NCBI GenBank assembly: GCA_016748015.1
Contig: JAAOMT010000591.1
Location: 791,050-855,049, forward strand
Reading direction: 5' to 3'
DNA: 64,000 nucleotides
From: Geosiphon pyriformis uo1
Taxonomy: Eukaryota > Fungi > Glomeromycota
In this document: one piece after another, positions 46,646 to 58,473 of the stretch
Layout of the letters: each line of letters starts with the position of its first letter
Numbering within the stretch: the first letter of the stretch is position 1
Translations under genes and position numbers: made by a program
Notes under the pieces: generated by a model
Seen by the model: only the letters and a program-made list of their open reading frames with translations
Databases searched by the model: none
Told to the model about the DNA's origin: nothing

Positions 46646-49600
46646 TTACTTCCAATTTCTAAAAAATTCCCCAGTTTTAGCAATCAACTTTCCGAAACTT
46701 GAACATTCCACAACGCTATCTTTAATCCATCCAGGCAACTTTTGTCGAGTTCGCGGTGTATTAAATCGTCCATCGACGAGCACAATAATGGCATAATCAT
46801 TCTTATGACGAATTGCTCGACCTATTTCAAACAGGACCTATTAGTACTGCATAAAACTTCAAAACCTAATATAATGTGAGCGAAATTAATTACCAATGGA
46901 TTGATTTACAGCACGCATACATAAATTTTCATAATAATCTTTCCCAGTTGAATGCCCGTTGCAACCTCGCGATCTAGGCATTTGATCAATATACTTCATT
47001 TTCTCCTTGAGTTGAGGAGAATTCATGTTGGCATATGGTAAACCAACCATCACAACGCCACTAAATGATGTAATTCAGAATATCATTATTGTTCGTGAAA
47101 AAAAAAGCAACAGCCTGGTAAAATGGTTGATAATAAATACCGTCCCAATCGGTCTGAAAAATTGATGCCTTCACTCATTTTACCTCCTACGACGCTCAGG
47201 AGCAATGCTCCTCCGTTAGATCCCGTCTGCAACAAAACAAATTGGAGCTGACCCCTTGGCACAATAATCATAAAGTTATAGCAAGAAAATTTAATAATAT
47301 TACCGAAATCGACTCAATATGAAGTGCATAATCGCACAAAAATTTTTCCGTCTCTTCAGCATGTCGTGGTTCACAAAATATCTTTAAAAGTATAAAATTT
47401 GAGATACAGAACTGAGAAATATTCAGTAATGAACGAAAAATACCTTCTTTCGCTTTTGAATCCTTGCCAAAATTCCATTTTTCTGCCATCGTGAATACAC
47501 TTTTTCCAGATAAGAATAAGACCCAAAGAAACAAACAACACCATCAGGAATAACATTGCATAGATTTGTGACAACTTGACCCAATTGATCAATCTCAAAA
47601 AATTAAGTTAAGGAAAAATCAACAAAATTCCTCCTGGTATAATAAGATTTTCTAAGGCGATTTTCACATACCAATTTTTCATCTCCTCGGCGTTCGTACG
47701 TAAAATTCATGGGGATTCCTGCAGGTCCTTCGGAAAGAGTCAAAGTCAATAAATTTCGAGGAGGAATAACATGTCGGAAAGAAAATTGTTGAATTCTTTC
47801 AACGGCAAGGTAAGGCAATAGTTGGTCAATGAAATCACGGATCTTAGATAAATAAAAAAATTTGCGATAGCAATATCAGTTGGAAATTTAACTTGCGCTC
47901 ATTCGTCAGCTTTCAAACTCACCGGCTCCATTGTCCCACCAGCTAGGATAACACTCCTGGCCTCTGATACAATGTCTTTGAAATGGTTGGCTGGATTTAG
48001 CAATAAATACTTGATAAAGGGCTTATATTGAGTTGTGTCTGCTATCTGCGAAAACCCAAGAATTACGCGTCCATCCGCATCACCATTGGTCAATGACATT
48101 AAAAATGCTTCCACTTGATTTAATGAGGGGAGAGATGAGGTATTATAGTTTTCTGCTGTAAAATAGAAAGTGAGTGATTTTGATCAAGCAATGTAAAAGG
48201 AATGGGGTTGATGAGTGACGTGCCTAAATTTTCATCATGGATTTTAACTCCTTGAGATTCCACTTTATCAATAAAACCATTCAACTTGAGGTCATGATTA
48301 AAAGCCATTAAAAAGTATAATAAGAGGAATTGAATATTGACAGTAATAAGTATTTTGTTTTACCTTCCGTGCTAAATGACTCCTTTTCAAATATTTCTGA
48401 ATCTTGAAAATATTCATGTTGTCGATCTTCAACTCATGAATAAAGTCATTAGCCATTTTGACTTCTTGATAACAATCCTTTTGAAATTTCTTTTCCTCGC
48501 ATGATCTTGCCAGCCCGTTCAAGAATCTACTCAGAGTATCGAGTATCGACAAAATGAGACGAATATAGATAATGTTTTTTCCTGTTAATCGTCGCTTGTA
48601 ACGCTCCAGATATTTGCTAACTTGAGATTGAGCACGTATCACCTGTGGTAGATCGAGGAGAACAGTATTTATAGCCGTAATAGTGTCCATTAAATTATGA
48701 GCTTCATCAATAATAACGATATTATTTTTTAAAGATATCCCTAGAGAATCACGGGTTGATTTAAGGAGAAGAAGATTATAAGGTAGAATCACGATCTATA
48801 TGTTAAGCAAAAGAAGTTTAGTAAGTTAATTGAGTTTCCAAAAATATTATTTTATTGTTTAAGAACTCACTTGAGATTGCCTGATGCTCTTTCTGGTGCC
48901 ATAATAAGGACAAGCATCTAATTTTTGACCAAGAGAAACCAGGTCCTCGATATCGCGGACGACGGCCTTCGTATATCATATAATTTTTTGATGAACTTCT
49001 AGGTCATAATGAAAAAATATATTTAGGTCAAGACTCACCAGTACATGATCCTTGAAATTTAACATACGAGCTTTTTCTGTTATGGGGAGATATGGGCACT
49101 TCTTCTCCGGTTTAGTGCCTTTGAGCAAAGTAGGCGAAAAAAATTAATGCTCTGATTACGTAAGATTCTTATTATAATCCTGAATCACATACGTGGTTTC
49201 TGCATTTCAAGACACTGCTCATTCATTCGCGCAGGATTTTTCAATTTTTTGACGTCCTCATTTATGCATAAATGTTTTCGAGAGCCTAAAGAAACTGCCT
49301 TCAGGTCACTAGCATAGGAAGTCTTGCGAAGTTCGTTGACGAATTGTGTTAACTGGGAATGAGTTCGAGAACAATAGAAAATCTAGTAATAATAGAAAAG
49401 GATCCATTATCATAAGAAAATATGAAATAAATACATCTAATCACTTCTTACTTTTGTCTCGTCGGGTTCCTCTTCTTCTTCGTCTAGAAAGGTTTTGGTA
49501 TTAAAGAGGGTTTCATAATTATCAGGCTCCTGATTTTCGCGAAACCTTTTAAAATTAAGATGAGAAAAGACCAAGTAGATAAAAAGATATTTTTTTAGAA

Positions 49601-50474
49601 AAATAAATATCGGGAAACTGTTTGAATACCTAGACAAAAGCTCTTTGACCTCAGCAGAATAGTTGTCACCAAAACTATCAGTTTTAATTCGACTTGAATT
49701 GAAGCTTTCTTGATCATCACTATTATAATCATCCAATGTAAATTCCTCAAAACCTGCTTCAGCATCTTTATTGTAATTTGCATCCTGCTTGCTGTTATGA
49801 GTAGTTTTCTTCATAATTAATCCAAGGAGATTAAAAAGGAAATTAATAACTGTAAGATGTCAGAATCAAGAAATTTTTTTTCTGCTTACAATTTTCTTGC
49901 GTACGACTGCGTTTTTTCTAGCGATTAGTTTTTTTTCCACGTTTTCACGCTCCCTTATTCTATTAAGTCGGACTGCTAACTCTTGCTTTTTAATCTGTTC
50001 TTGTTCCCGGATTTTCTCTCGATGACTTTTCAACACCCAAGAGGGCTCTTTCCAAATTATTAAATTTGTTGGGGAATTAGTTGGCTGCCAAATAAAATTT
50101 TGATTTTCTAATAACTTTACCTTTTGAAGTAGGGTCTCCAGAAGGATTATCATTATTCTGAATTTCATGCCTCGATGCGTTGTCTTTAAGCCACTTGAAA
50201 GCTCCACAAATTAAGCTCAAAGATTTACCCTACAAATGGTTTGTAGAATGTACAATAACCCGTTTTCCTGAGCTGTTCAAATGGCCTTCATAAAGCTTTT
50301 GATGCTAACCGTGCCTGTTGGGCTCTCGAAAATAGAAACTTGGCTCTTTTCAATAGAAGAATACAGCTTCTGCATGAATTCAAGCTGAACATCATAGGGC
50401 TGAAAAGGGAAGTGAAAGTCACTGGGGGTAGGTAACTGAAACATCTCCTGTTGTGGGTCTTTAGGTTCGTTCAT
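46646..50474 (-). CDS. CHL1: Fe-S DEAH helicase Chl1/DDX11
   Basis: [16 protein letters not shown]|[62 protein letters not shown]. Confidence 0.95.
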
Positions 50475-50536
50475 TCTCTTATTTTCCTCCTTTGAAAGCT
50501 TGAAATTCACACTGTATTTTGTTAAAAATTTATTAT

Positions 50537-50542
50537 ACGCGT
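50537..50542. promoter_or_regulatory. MCB-like ACGCGT upstream of CHL1
   Basis: ACGCGT about 63 bp upstream of the ATG. Confidence 0.4.
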
Positions 50543-50879
50543 TGTTCAGGTGCCTGATAATCATGTGACTGAAGATCAAGGTAAACCGATGACGATTATC
50601 AATTTAGATCTGTAATCTTCTGTATACTGTTTTTTAATATACTATATGCAAACTTTTTTATGTTAATATTTTTTGTGTGTACTAATTTATATTAAATTAA
50701 TTACAAAAAATATCTTAATAAATCAAAATATTTAGAATGATTAATTGTTTTGATTTTAAACTATCTTTAATTAAAGCAAAAATTATATACATACAAACTA
50801 TATAAAATTTTAAAACTAATATATATATAATATTACAACAATACTAAACAAAAATAATAATTATATATGTATAATATTA

Positions 50880-53800
50880 AAAAAACTTCTTTTTCTTCTT
50901 CATCCCAAATTCCCAAAAAAGAGTCAAAAAGTTTTTTAAAAAAAGTTTTTTATCATTTAGTATGATAAATTAAAACTATTTTTGCTTAATTATGAGGCTA
51001 TTATTGGCTTTAGTATTGCTATTATGAAAAAGACTGTTAAAAATTCAGGTTCAACTAATAATTTCAAATCTGTATTTTCAAAAAAGAAGAGGAGAAATGG
51101 TCTTTAGAAAATAATATCAAAGCTAAAAAAGTTCCTGCCAAGATGGTAAGTAATTGTTTTTAAAGTTTGGAAGTTGATGTTACCAGAAGATTTTTATGTT
51201 TTTTAATGCAAAAATTACAACACATACAATAAAAATTAACATCAAAATCATGCAAAAAAAGCCTATATTATCATACTTAATCAACAAAATCAGCCAACAA
51301 TCTGAAAATAAATGATCAGCAATCAATCTAATTACAACAAAAAATAGAATACAACCCAACAGTTTAATTAAGTTGGATACAAAGAAATCTTGACAAACTA
51401 AGAAACACCAATAAAAATAAATGATTGATGCAGATCTGTGATCAATGGTTAAAAGTAGTTACTAAGAAATGTAATTAATTGATCTACTTTTAATAATGTT
51501 GATCATAATCACAATTGGTATTATTGATTTATAATTAATGTTCTAAATCCAGCCATCTAAATTTGATCATCTAAAAATCACTAGCTTTGAGAAAATAACA
51601 TGCTGAATAAAGTTTATTCTGAATTGATTAAATTAAAATGTATAAATAATTGATGTATCTTAAATAGTCTTAATATAATATGTATATTTAATGTAATTTA
51701 GCTATATATACAGTCTTTCTGTCAGTTCAGAAAAGCATCAGTTCAATATTGAACCAACTCTTTGCTATAGTTTTATAGTGAGCAGTTAGTCTTTTTTTTA
51801 TCTCTCATTTTCTCTTTCTTTTTTTTTATGCTTTAAATACTTGTTATTACAATTTCAAGTATGCTTTCTTATATTCCTTATTACCATTTGGAATCCCATT
51901 ATTTATAACTTCTTACTTACTTATTAACAATATTATCAAGCTTTCTATTACTTCTGATCTTTTAAATTATGTGTTATTATCATTTTATATTAAGTCTTAT
52001 TTCACTAAACAAGTTGTTAAAATATTAAAATAAGTAATAAAGTATCATGTTGTTAGAAAGTAGTCTTAACAATAAAAAGTTTAAATCTATTTCAGTTATG
52101 TTTTATTCTTACAATCTTTTATAATTCTTATAACTTTGTTTTCAAAGCAGGCATTTGAACACCACACTTTTTTGATAATTAATTAAAAGAATTCTGGTTA
52201 CAATTTTCTTAAGTAGTTTTGGTTTTTTCTTGTTGTTGGTTGTACTTCTAATATATATATAGAGATGTAACTTTTCTTTTCTCTTTAAAATATCTAAGAC
52301 TGGTTTTTGTCCAAAAACAAATAATAATGACAATACTTTCTTTCACTTTTAATGACTTTATTATGTACTCTTTTTTGCTTTTTCACCTACTAAAATAGTC
52401 TATATACTCATAAAATGCTATAGTTAATAGCATAATTATGATAATGTGTATTATCAATTGAGCTAAAAAATGTTTTCAAATATCAACAAAAACCACTGGT
52501 AACATATGGTGTCTCTTGTTGTCAGTATAGAAACAACTATAAACATTTTAATAATCTTTAAATATCTCAGAAGACTTTAATCTTCTCTAAAAAAGAAGAA
52601 AAATTTAACAATTTGTAGGAGCTTATTTTTTAAAAATGGAAAAAATGTTACCAGAAGATTTTTATGTTTTTCAATGCAAAAATTACAACACATACAATAG
52701 AAATTAACATCAAAATCATGCAAAAAAAGCTTACATCATCACACTTAATCAACAAAATCAGCCAGCAATCTGAAAATAAATGATCAGCAATTAATCCAAT
52801 TACAACAAAAAAATATAATACAATCCAACAGTTTAACTAAGTTGGATACAAAAAAATCTTGGCAAACTAAGAAACACCAATAGAAATAAATAATTGATAC
52901 AGATCTGTAATCAATGATTAAAAGTAGTTACCAAGAAATGTAATCAATTGATCTACTTCTAATTATATTGATCATAATCACAATTGATATTATTGATTTA
53001 CAATTAATGTTCTAAATTCAGCCATCTAAATTTGATCATCTAAAAATCACTAGCTCTGAGAAAATAACATGCTGAGTAAAGTTTATTATGAATTGATTAA
53101 ATTAAAATGTATAAATAATTTATGTATCTTAAATAGTCTTAATATAGTATATAGATCTGATGTAATTTAGCTATATATACAGTCTCTCTGTCAGCTCAAG
53201 AAAGCATCAGTTTAATACTAAGGCAACTTTTTGCTATAGTTTTATAGTGAGCAGTTAGTCTTTTCCTCTACTTCTTACTTTCCTTTTCCCTTTTTTTATG
53301 CTCTAAATACTTGTTATCACAATTTCAAGTATGCTTTCTTATATTTCTTATTACCATTTAAAATTCCATTATTTATAACTTCTTACTTATTTGTTAACAA
53401 TATCATTAAGCTTTTTATTACTTCCGATCTTTTAAATCATGTGTTATTACCATTTTACATTAAGTTTTTTTTCACCAAACAAGTTGTTAAAATATTAAAA
53501 TAAGTAATAAAGTATCATGTTGTTAGAGAGTAGTCTCAACAATAAAAAGTTTAAATCTATTTCAGTTATGTTTTATTCTTACAATCTTTTATAATTCTTA
53601 TAACTTTATTTTCAAAGTGGGCATTTGAACACCACATCTTTTTGATGACTAATTGAAAAAATTTTGGTTACAATTTTCTTAAGTAGTTTTGGTTTCTCCT
53701 TGTTGCTGGTTATATTTCATATATATATATAGAGATGTGACTTCTCTTTCCTCTTTAAAATACCTAAAACTGGTTCTTGCCCAAAAACAAATAATAATGA

Positions 53801-55473
53801 CAATACTTTCTCTCACTTTTAATGACTTTATTATGTACTCTTTTTTGCTTTTCTATCTACTGAAATAGTCTATACACCTATAAAATACTATAGTCAGTAA
53901 CATAATTATGGTAATGTGTATTACCAGTTGAGCTAAGAAATGTTTTCAAATATCAACAAAAACCACTGGTAACATTGATAATACTACTAAATCTAACAGT
54001 ATTAATATAGAAAAAGAATGTTTGATTAAAAAAACTAGCTTTGATTATGGTAATGGGGCCATATTTAATGACAAAAATACTAATTAAATACTAAAGAGTT
54101 TGCATGTCAAAACCAAAAAAGCTCTGAAAAAGCTGTTGGATAAAATAAATTTTTTAAATGATAGTGATGATGATAATGTTATATTAAATGCTTTCCTGGT
54201 TTTTTCTTCTTTTTTGAAAATTTTAGTTAATGTTCTGGTTAGGAAATTATTTGCTTTAGATATTGGCTTAGATAAGGTAGTTGAAAAATTTTCTCAAAAG
54301 AAGCTAATAGTGGTTAGAAAATTATTTTCAAAAATCAATGGTTTTGAAGAGGTCTTTACTCCTTCAAAGTTTGCTGGGATCATTAGAGCAATGTTTACTT
54401 CTGAATCAAGCTTGGTTCAAGCTTTTAATATGGCAAAAATGATAAAAATTTTGGTAAACACTAATCTCAAAAAATATGCTGGATGTTCAAATCAGACCAT
54501 AGTTTTAAAAAAAATTCCAATTAGTACTTCAGCTAAGACTGTATACACTGTGCTATCTGAATTTGGTATAATTAAGTCAATCAAGATGTAATTGGTGGGT
54601 TTTAACAAAAAGCTATGGTTAAGTTTGAACAAATTGATCATGCCAATTTAATCACAATAAGATAATCTATCCTTATTGAAAAAGATGTGATGCATGTTGC
54701 TAAAGCAAATTTGAATAAAAAAACATGAAATACAAGGAATGTTTACAAAGCACTTTTGTATACTTTACTAATAAGAACAAATACACATGATATTTGGAAT
54801 TAAATTAGCTTAGTAGGTGAAAAAACCTGTGTTATTGACTAGCATCCAGTTACTTACACTCAGACCAGATGTGCAGTTGTTTGTTTTGATTCTGCAGCTT
54901 TTCTGAATGCTGTTATGGAAACCACACTAGTACTATGAAATGCCAATCTATATTGGTCTCATTTGGGCTCTGTTAAATATGCTGAATGTAAAAAATTGAG
55001 TCATATATCATTGGACTGTGTTTTTAATGAAAAAGATTTCTTTGGTGCTTTTTTTTATAGGGTGCTATCTAAAAAAGATAAAAGCAGGCTGGCATTTATC
55101 TATATCAAGCATTTAGCTCCAATAGCTTGTTCTGTTTCCTTTGATGATGCTTCTTGAACAAAGATTATTGGTGGGTTTTCTTTTTCTTCTCTGTCTGTAT
55201 GTAATAGTTTGGCTAATTCTGGTTTTTCTTCAGAGATAAACCTCATCTGCCTGTTGCTAATGAGTTGAAATTACATTTGATTAACATTGAAAACAGTTTT
55301 ATTAGCCTTACAAGACAAATTGGTGAATTGGCTAAGAGATTAGAATTATTTATGCTAATAGTTTTCCAGTCTAGTCCTGGATGTTAGCTGTTAATAACCT
55401 TCTCATTACAGAATCAGATGGGTGATGTAGTAATAAAAGAGGACTCAGATAAAGCCACTAGTAGTAAGACTGC
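50880..55473 (+). mobile_element. LINE-3 (window label): heavily decayed 5' part (ORF1), interrupted by two LTR elements
   Basis: ORF1 remnants MKKTVKNSG.., EVD|NTTKSNS rejoined across the TTGA TSD, and INGFEEVFTPSKFAGIIRAMFTSE homologous to LINE-1/2 ORF1; ends at the Gypsy-B LTR. The 5' boundary is approximate. Confidence 0.8.
51178..53974 (+). mobile_element. Non-autonomous LTR element (TRIM/LARD-like): LTR 51178-52504, internal 52505-52645, LTR 52646-53974
   Basis: Two ~1.33 kb direct repeats, each TGTTACCAG...CTGGTAACA; TSD TTGA (51174-77 / 53975-78); PBS TGGTGTCTCTTG at 52507; purine tract before LTR2; no ORF. Confidence 0.93.
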
Positions 55474-56327
55474 TGTTACTGATAATTATTTGGGGTTTCA
55501 AGTCAAATAACAAACCCGTAACTTGGTGCTCAAAGGGCTGTTTGCGTTTGATGGTAATCTAAAAGTTTTGTAGTTTGAAGGTTTTGTTGGAGTTCTTTGT
55601 ATAATGAACAGAGATTCAATAGTTGTTTTATCTATAGCTTTCTAGAATCACAATTCTGTCAATTCTTCTCTTGGTGTGATAGCTGGCAATCTTCTAGTAA
55701 GTAATTTGTAATTTGCTTTACGTGTTCTACCTACTTGCAGGAGTCTTTTACCAGGCAATCCTTGACATCAGTAATCTAGTGCTTTTAATCAATTAGTACA
55801 CAACAATAAAATCAAAGAAAAAAATAAAGCAAAAATAAAAAAATAAAAAAAACAAGAAAATAAGAAAATAAGAAAATAAGAAAATAAGCCAAGGCAATGC
55901 ACAGATTAGTATTCGTCAATAGCCATGATCAAGAGCTATTGTTCCAGTATGATTAAGTATCGATTGCTATCAACATAAAGTGTTGATAGTAAAAAGTAGA
56001 TTTGGATGGTAAATAATTTATTTATACAATATTTTGTGAATAGGAGATTTCTAACTAAAGGATTCTGCTTTTTCTACTTCTAATGCTACTGCTATATATA
56101 CATAATTGATGTTCTATGAGATTGCTCACATTTTTGAGCAATATGTTATGATTTTTTGAGCAATGTGCTATGATTTCTGACATTGCTCCATATTGCTGAA
56201 CAATGTGTTATGATTTTTAACATTGCTCCACATTGCTCCACATTGCTAAGCAATGTGCTCATGTACTCAATACTATTCTCTTATTGGTCTGCTATTTTCC
56301 ATATCTATTTTCTTTTTATGAGTAACA
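55474..56327 (-). repeat. Gypsy-B 3' LTR (854 bp)
   Basis: 7-bp terminal inverted repeat; adjacent to minus-strand PPT AAAAAAGGAGA; internal AAGAAAAT and TTGCTCCACA repeats. The partner LTR is not in the window. Confidence 0.8.
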
Positions 56328-56359
56328 TTATCTCCTTTTTTAATATTGAGCTCCATCGA

Positions 56360-56998
56360 AATCTTCATTTTGAATTAATTCTAATACTTCTTTTTCAAGT
56401 ATTGTTTATTCAACTCTGTTCTTTATGTCTTCTACTTGTGTATTGTTTATTCTTCCCCATTGGTTAATAGTTATGGTTTCCATGTCAGAGTGTAACAGTA
56501 TTTCTGGATAGTTCTGAAATATGTTGTGTAGTTGATAAATTGTTCTTATATGTAGTGTCAAGTTCATCTTTTTTCCAATAAATTCTTCAATTTGCTGTAT
56601 TATATTTTGGTTAAATACTCTCTTGGATTTGTTGATATACAACTTCTGAATATTCAACTTTCGACCTAGCTGGTAGTAACAGTATGATATTGGAAGTTGT
56701 TCTGTCCATTGCTTTTAATTTTCTTTTGTAAGCATTTCAGTTGGTATCATAGTAGATATTTTTCCAAAAGTGTTTTTTACTTTTTCTACTACCTTATCTA
56801 ACCAGTTTTTATCATTTTTTGGTGGTTGCTAATATGATGTATTCTCTATTTTTCTTCTGGTGTTTCAATAGCAGATAGTTTGGTTATTAATAATAATTTT
56901 CATATCTAACTGTTGTTGACTTAAGACCTGAAACAATTGTTGAGCTATCATATGAATATGATCTGGTATTTCTATTTTCTTTGTTGCTTTTGTTGCAT
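56360..56998 (-). pseudogene. Gypsy-B ORF3 homolog, disrupted
   Basis: IPDHIHMIAQQLFQVL..MKIIINNQTICY and YYQLGRK..IRTIYQLHNIF..INQWGRIN align with Gypsy-A ORF3. Confidence 0.7.
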
Positions 56999-57029
56999 AT
57001 ACTGTGTTTTTATATATTCTTTTAATTAT

Positions 57030-58412
57030 TTAATTTGCTGTATTTGGTGTAATTATTATGATTGGTTCCAGATCTTGTAGAATCTTATCTGGTTGGACTA
57101 TTATTTTCTGTACTCCTAATTGTGGAATATTACTGGTAGATAATAGTGTTATATTGTGGTATGGTTTCAGTTGATCTCTATGTACTGTTTTGGTCAAAAT
57201 TTTGTTGTTCAATCTTAATTTATAAGCTCTATTTCCTAGAATTTCTTCTATGTAAAATGATCCGTTCCATTTGGAGTCAAATTTTCCACTCCATTGTTTT
57301 TTTGCTTTGGTATAATGTAGAAGTACTTTGTTTCCAATCTTGAATTCAACTGGTTTGTCTGATAGTTGACTATTATGTCTTTCTTTCTGTTTTTCTTGTG
57401 ATTTTTGAATGTTATTAGCTGCTCTTCTTTGTTTGTTTTCCAGTGTTTCTATTAAGTTATATGTCCTTCTTAACAGTGTTTTCTGAAAATTTTCTTTTGT
57501 TATTGGTTCAGTTGGATATGTGTTAACTTCTATCTCAACTGGTATTGTTGCTGTTCTATCATATACTAATTCAAATAGTATTGCTTGTGTAGTATCTTGT
57601 TTCATTGTCTGATATGCAAATAGTACTGATAGTATAAATAAATCTCATTCGTCCTGGTTTTTTTGGCTGAGTTTGGCAATTGCTTCACACAATGTTTTAT
57701 TAAATCTTTCAACTAAACCATTTGTTTGTGGATGATATGGTGATGATAGTGGTCTTTTAATTTCGAATCTTTGGCTCAATTCTGCTAGTATTCTGTTTAC
57801 AAAGTGAGTTCCTTGGTCTAATAATAATTCTTTTAGACATCCATGTCAACAAATCAGATCTTGATAAATGAATTCAGCAATAGATTCTGCATCCACTCTT
57901 TGAATTGTTTTTGCTTCTGGCCATTTAATGAGATAGTCCATGGCTACTGCAATATATTTATTTCTTCTGCTGGTAATTGTTAATGGTCTGACTAAGTCAA
58001 TTCCAATGTGATCAAATGGTTGTTCCACTTTGATTGGTCTCAGTGGTTTACTGGGTTTTGTTTCTCTTCTTCTTTGACAAGAATCACAATTTTGGACATA
58101 TTGAATGATGTTTGGATATATTAATAGCCAATAGTATCTTTTTCTGGTTCTTTCCATGGTTGCTTCTTTGTGGAAATGTCCTGCTGTTGAATCTGAGTGC
58201 ATGTTGAACAGTATTGTTTCTTTCTTTGGTTCTGTAACTATTCTGGTTGGTTGATTTGGTTTTTGTCTATTTTTTGAATAAAGTATGTTTTGGTGAGTAA
58301 TAAAGTATTTTGATTGTTGTTTGATGCTATTTTGTTCTGATTGAGATAATTTCTTCTTAAACTGTTGAGTATCTATATAATGTTTGAGTTGTTGGTATTT
58401 TTGTGTGTTCAT
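57030..58412 (-). pseudogene. Gypsy-B integrase, separate ATG-initiated ORF
   Basis: MNTQKYQQLKHY.., HSDSTAGH, CDSCQRR, GIDLVRPL, DQGTHF, GLVERFN; ends LEPIIII. Confidence 0.9.
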
Positions 58413-58473
58413 TTTTTGTTATATTTTTGTTGGATTTGGTTTGGTTTTGTTATATTTTTGGGTTGAAATGTTC

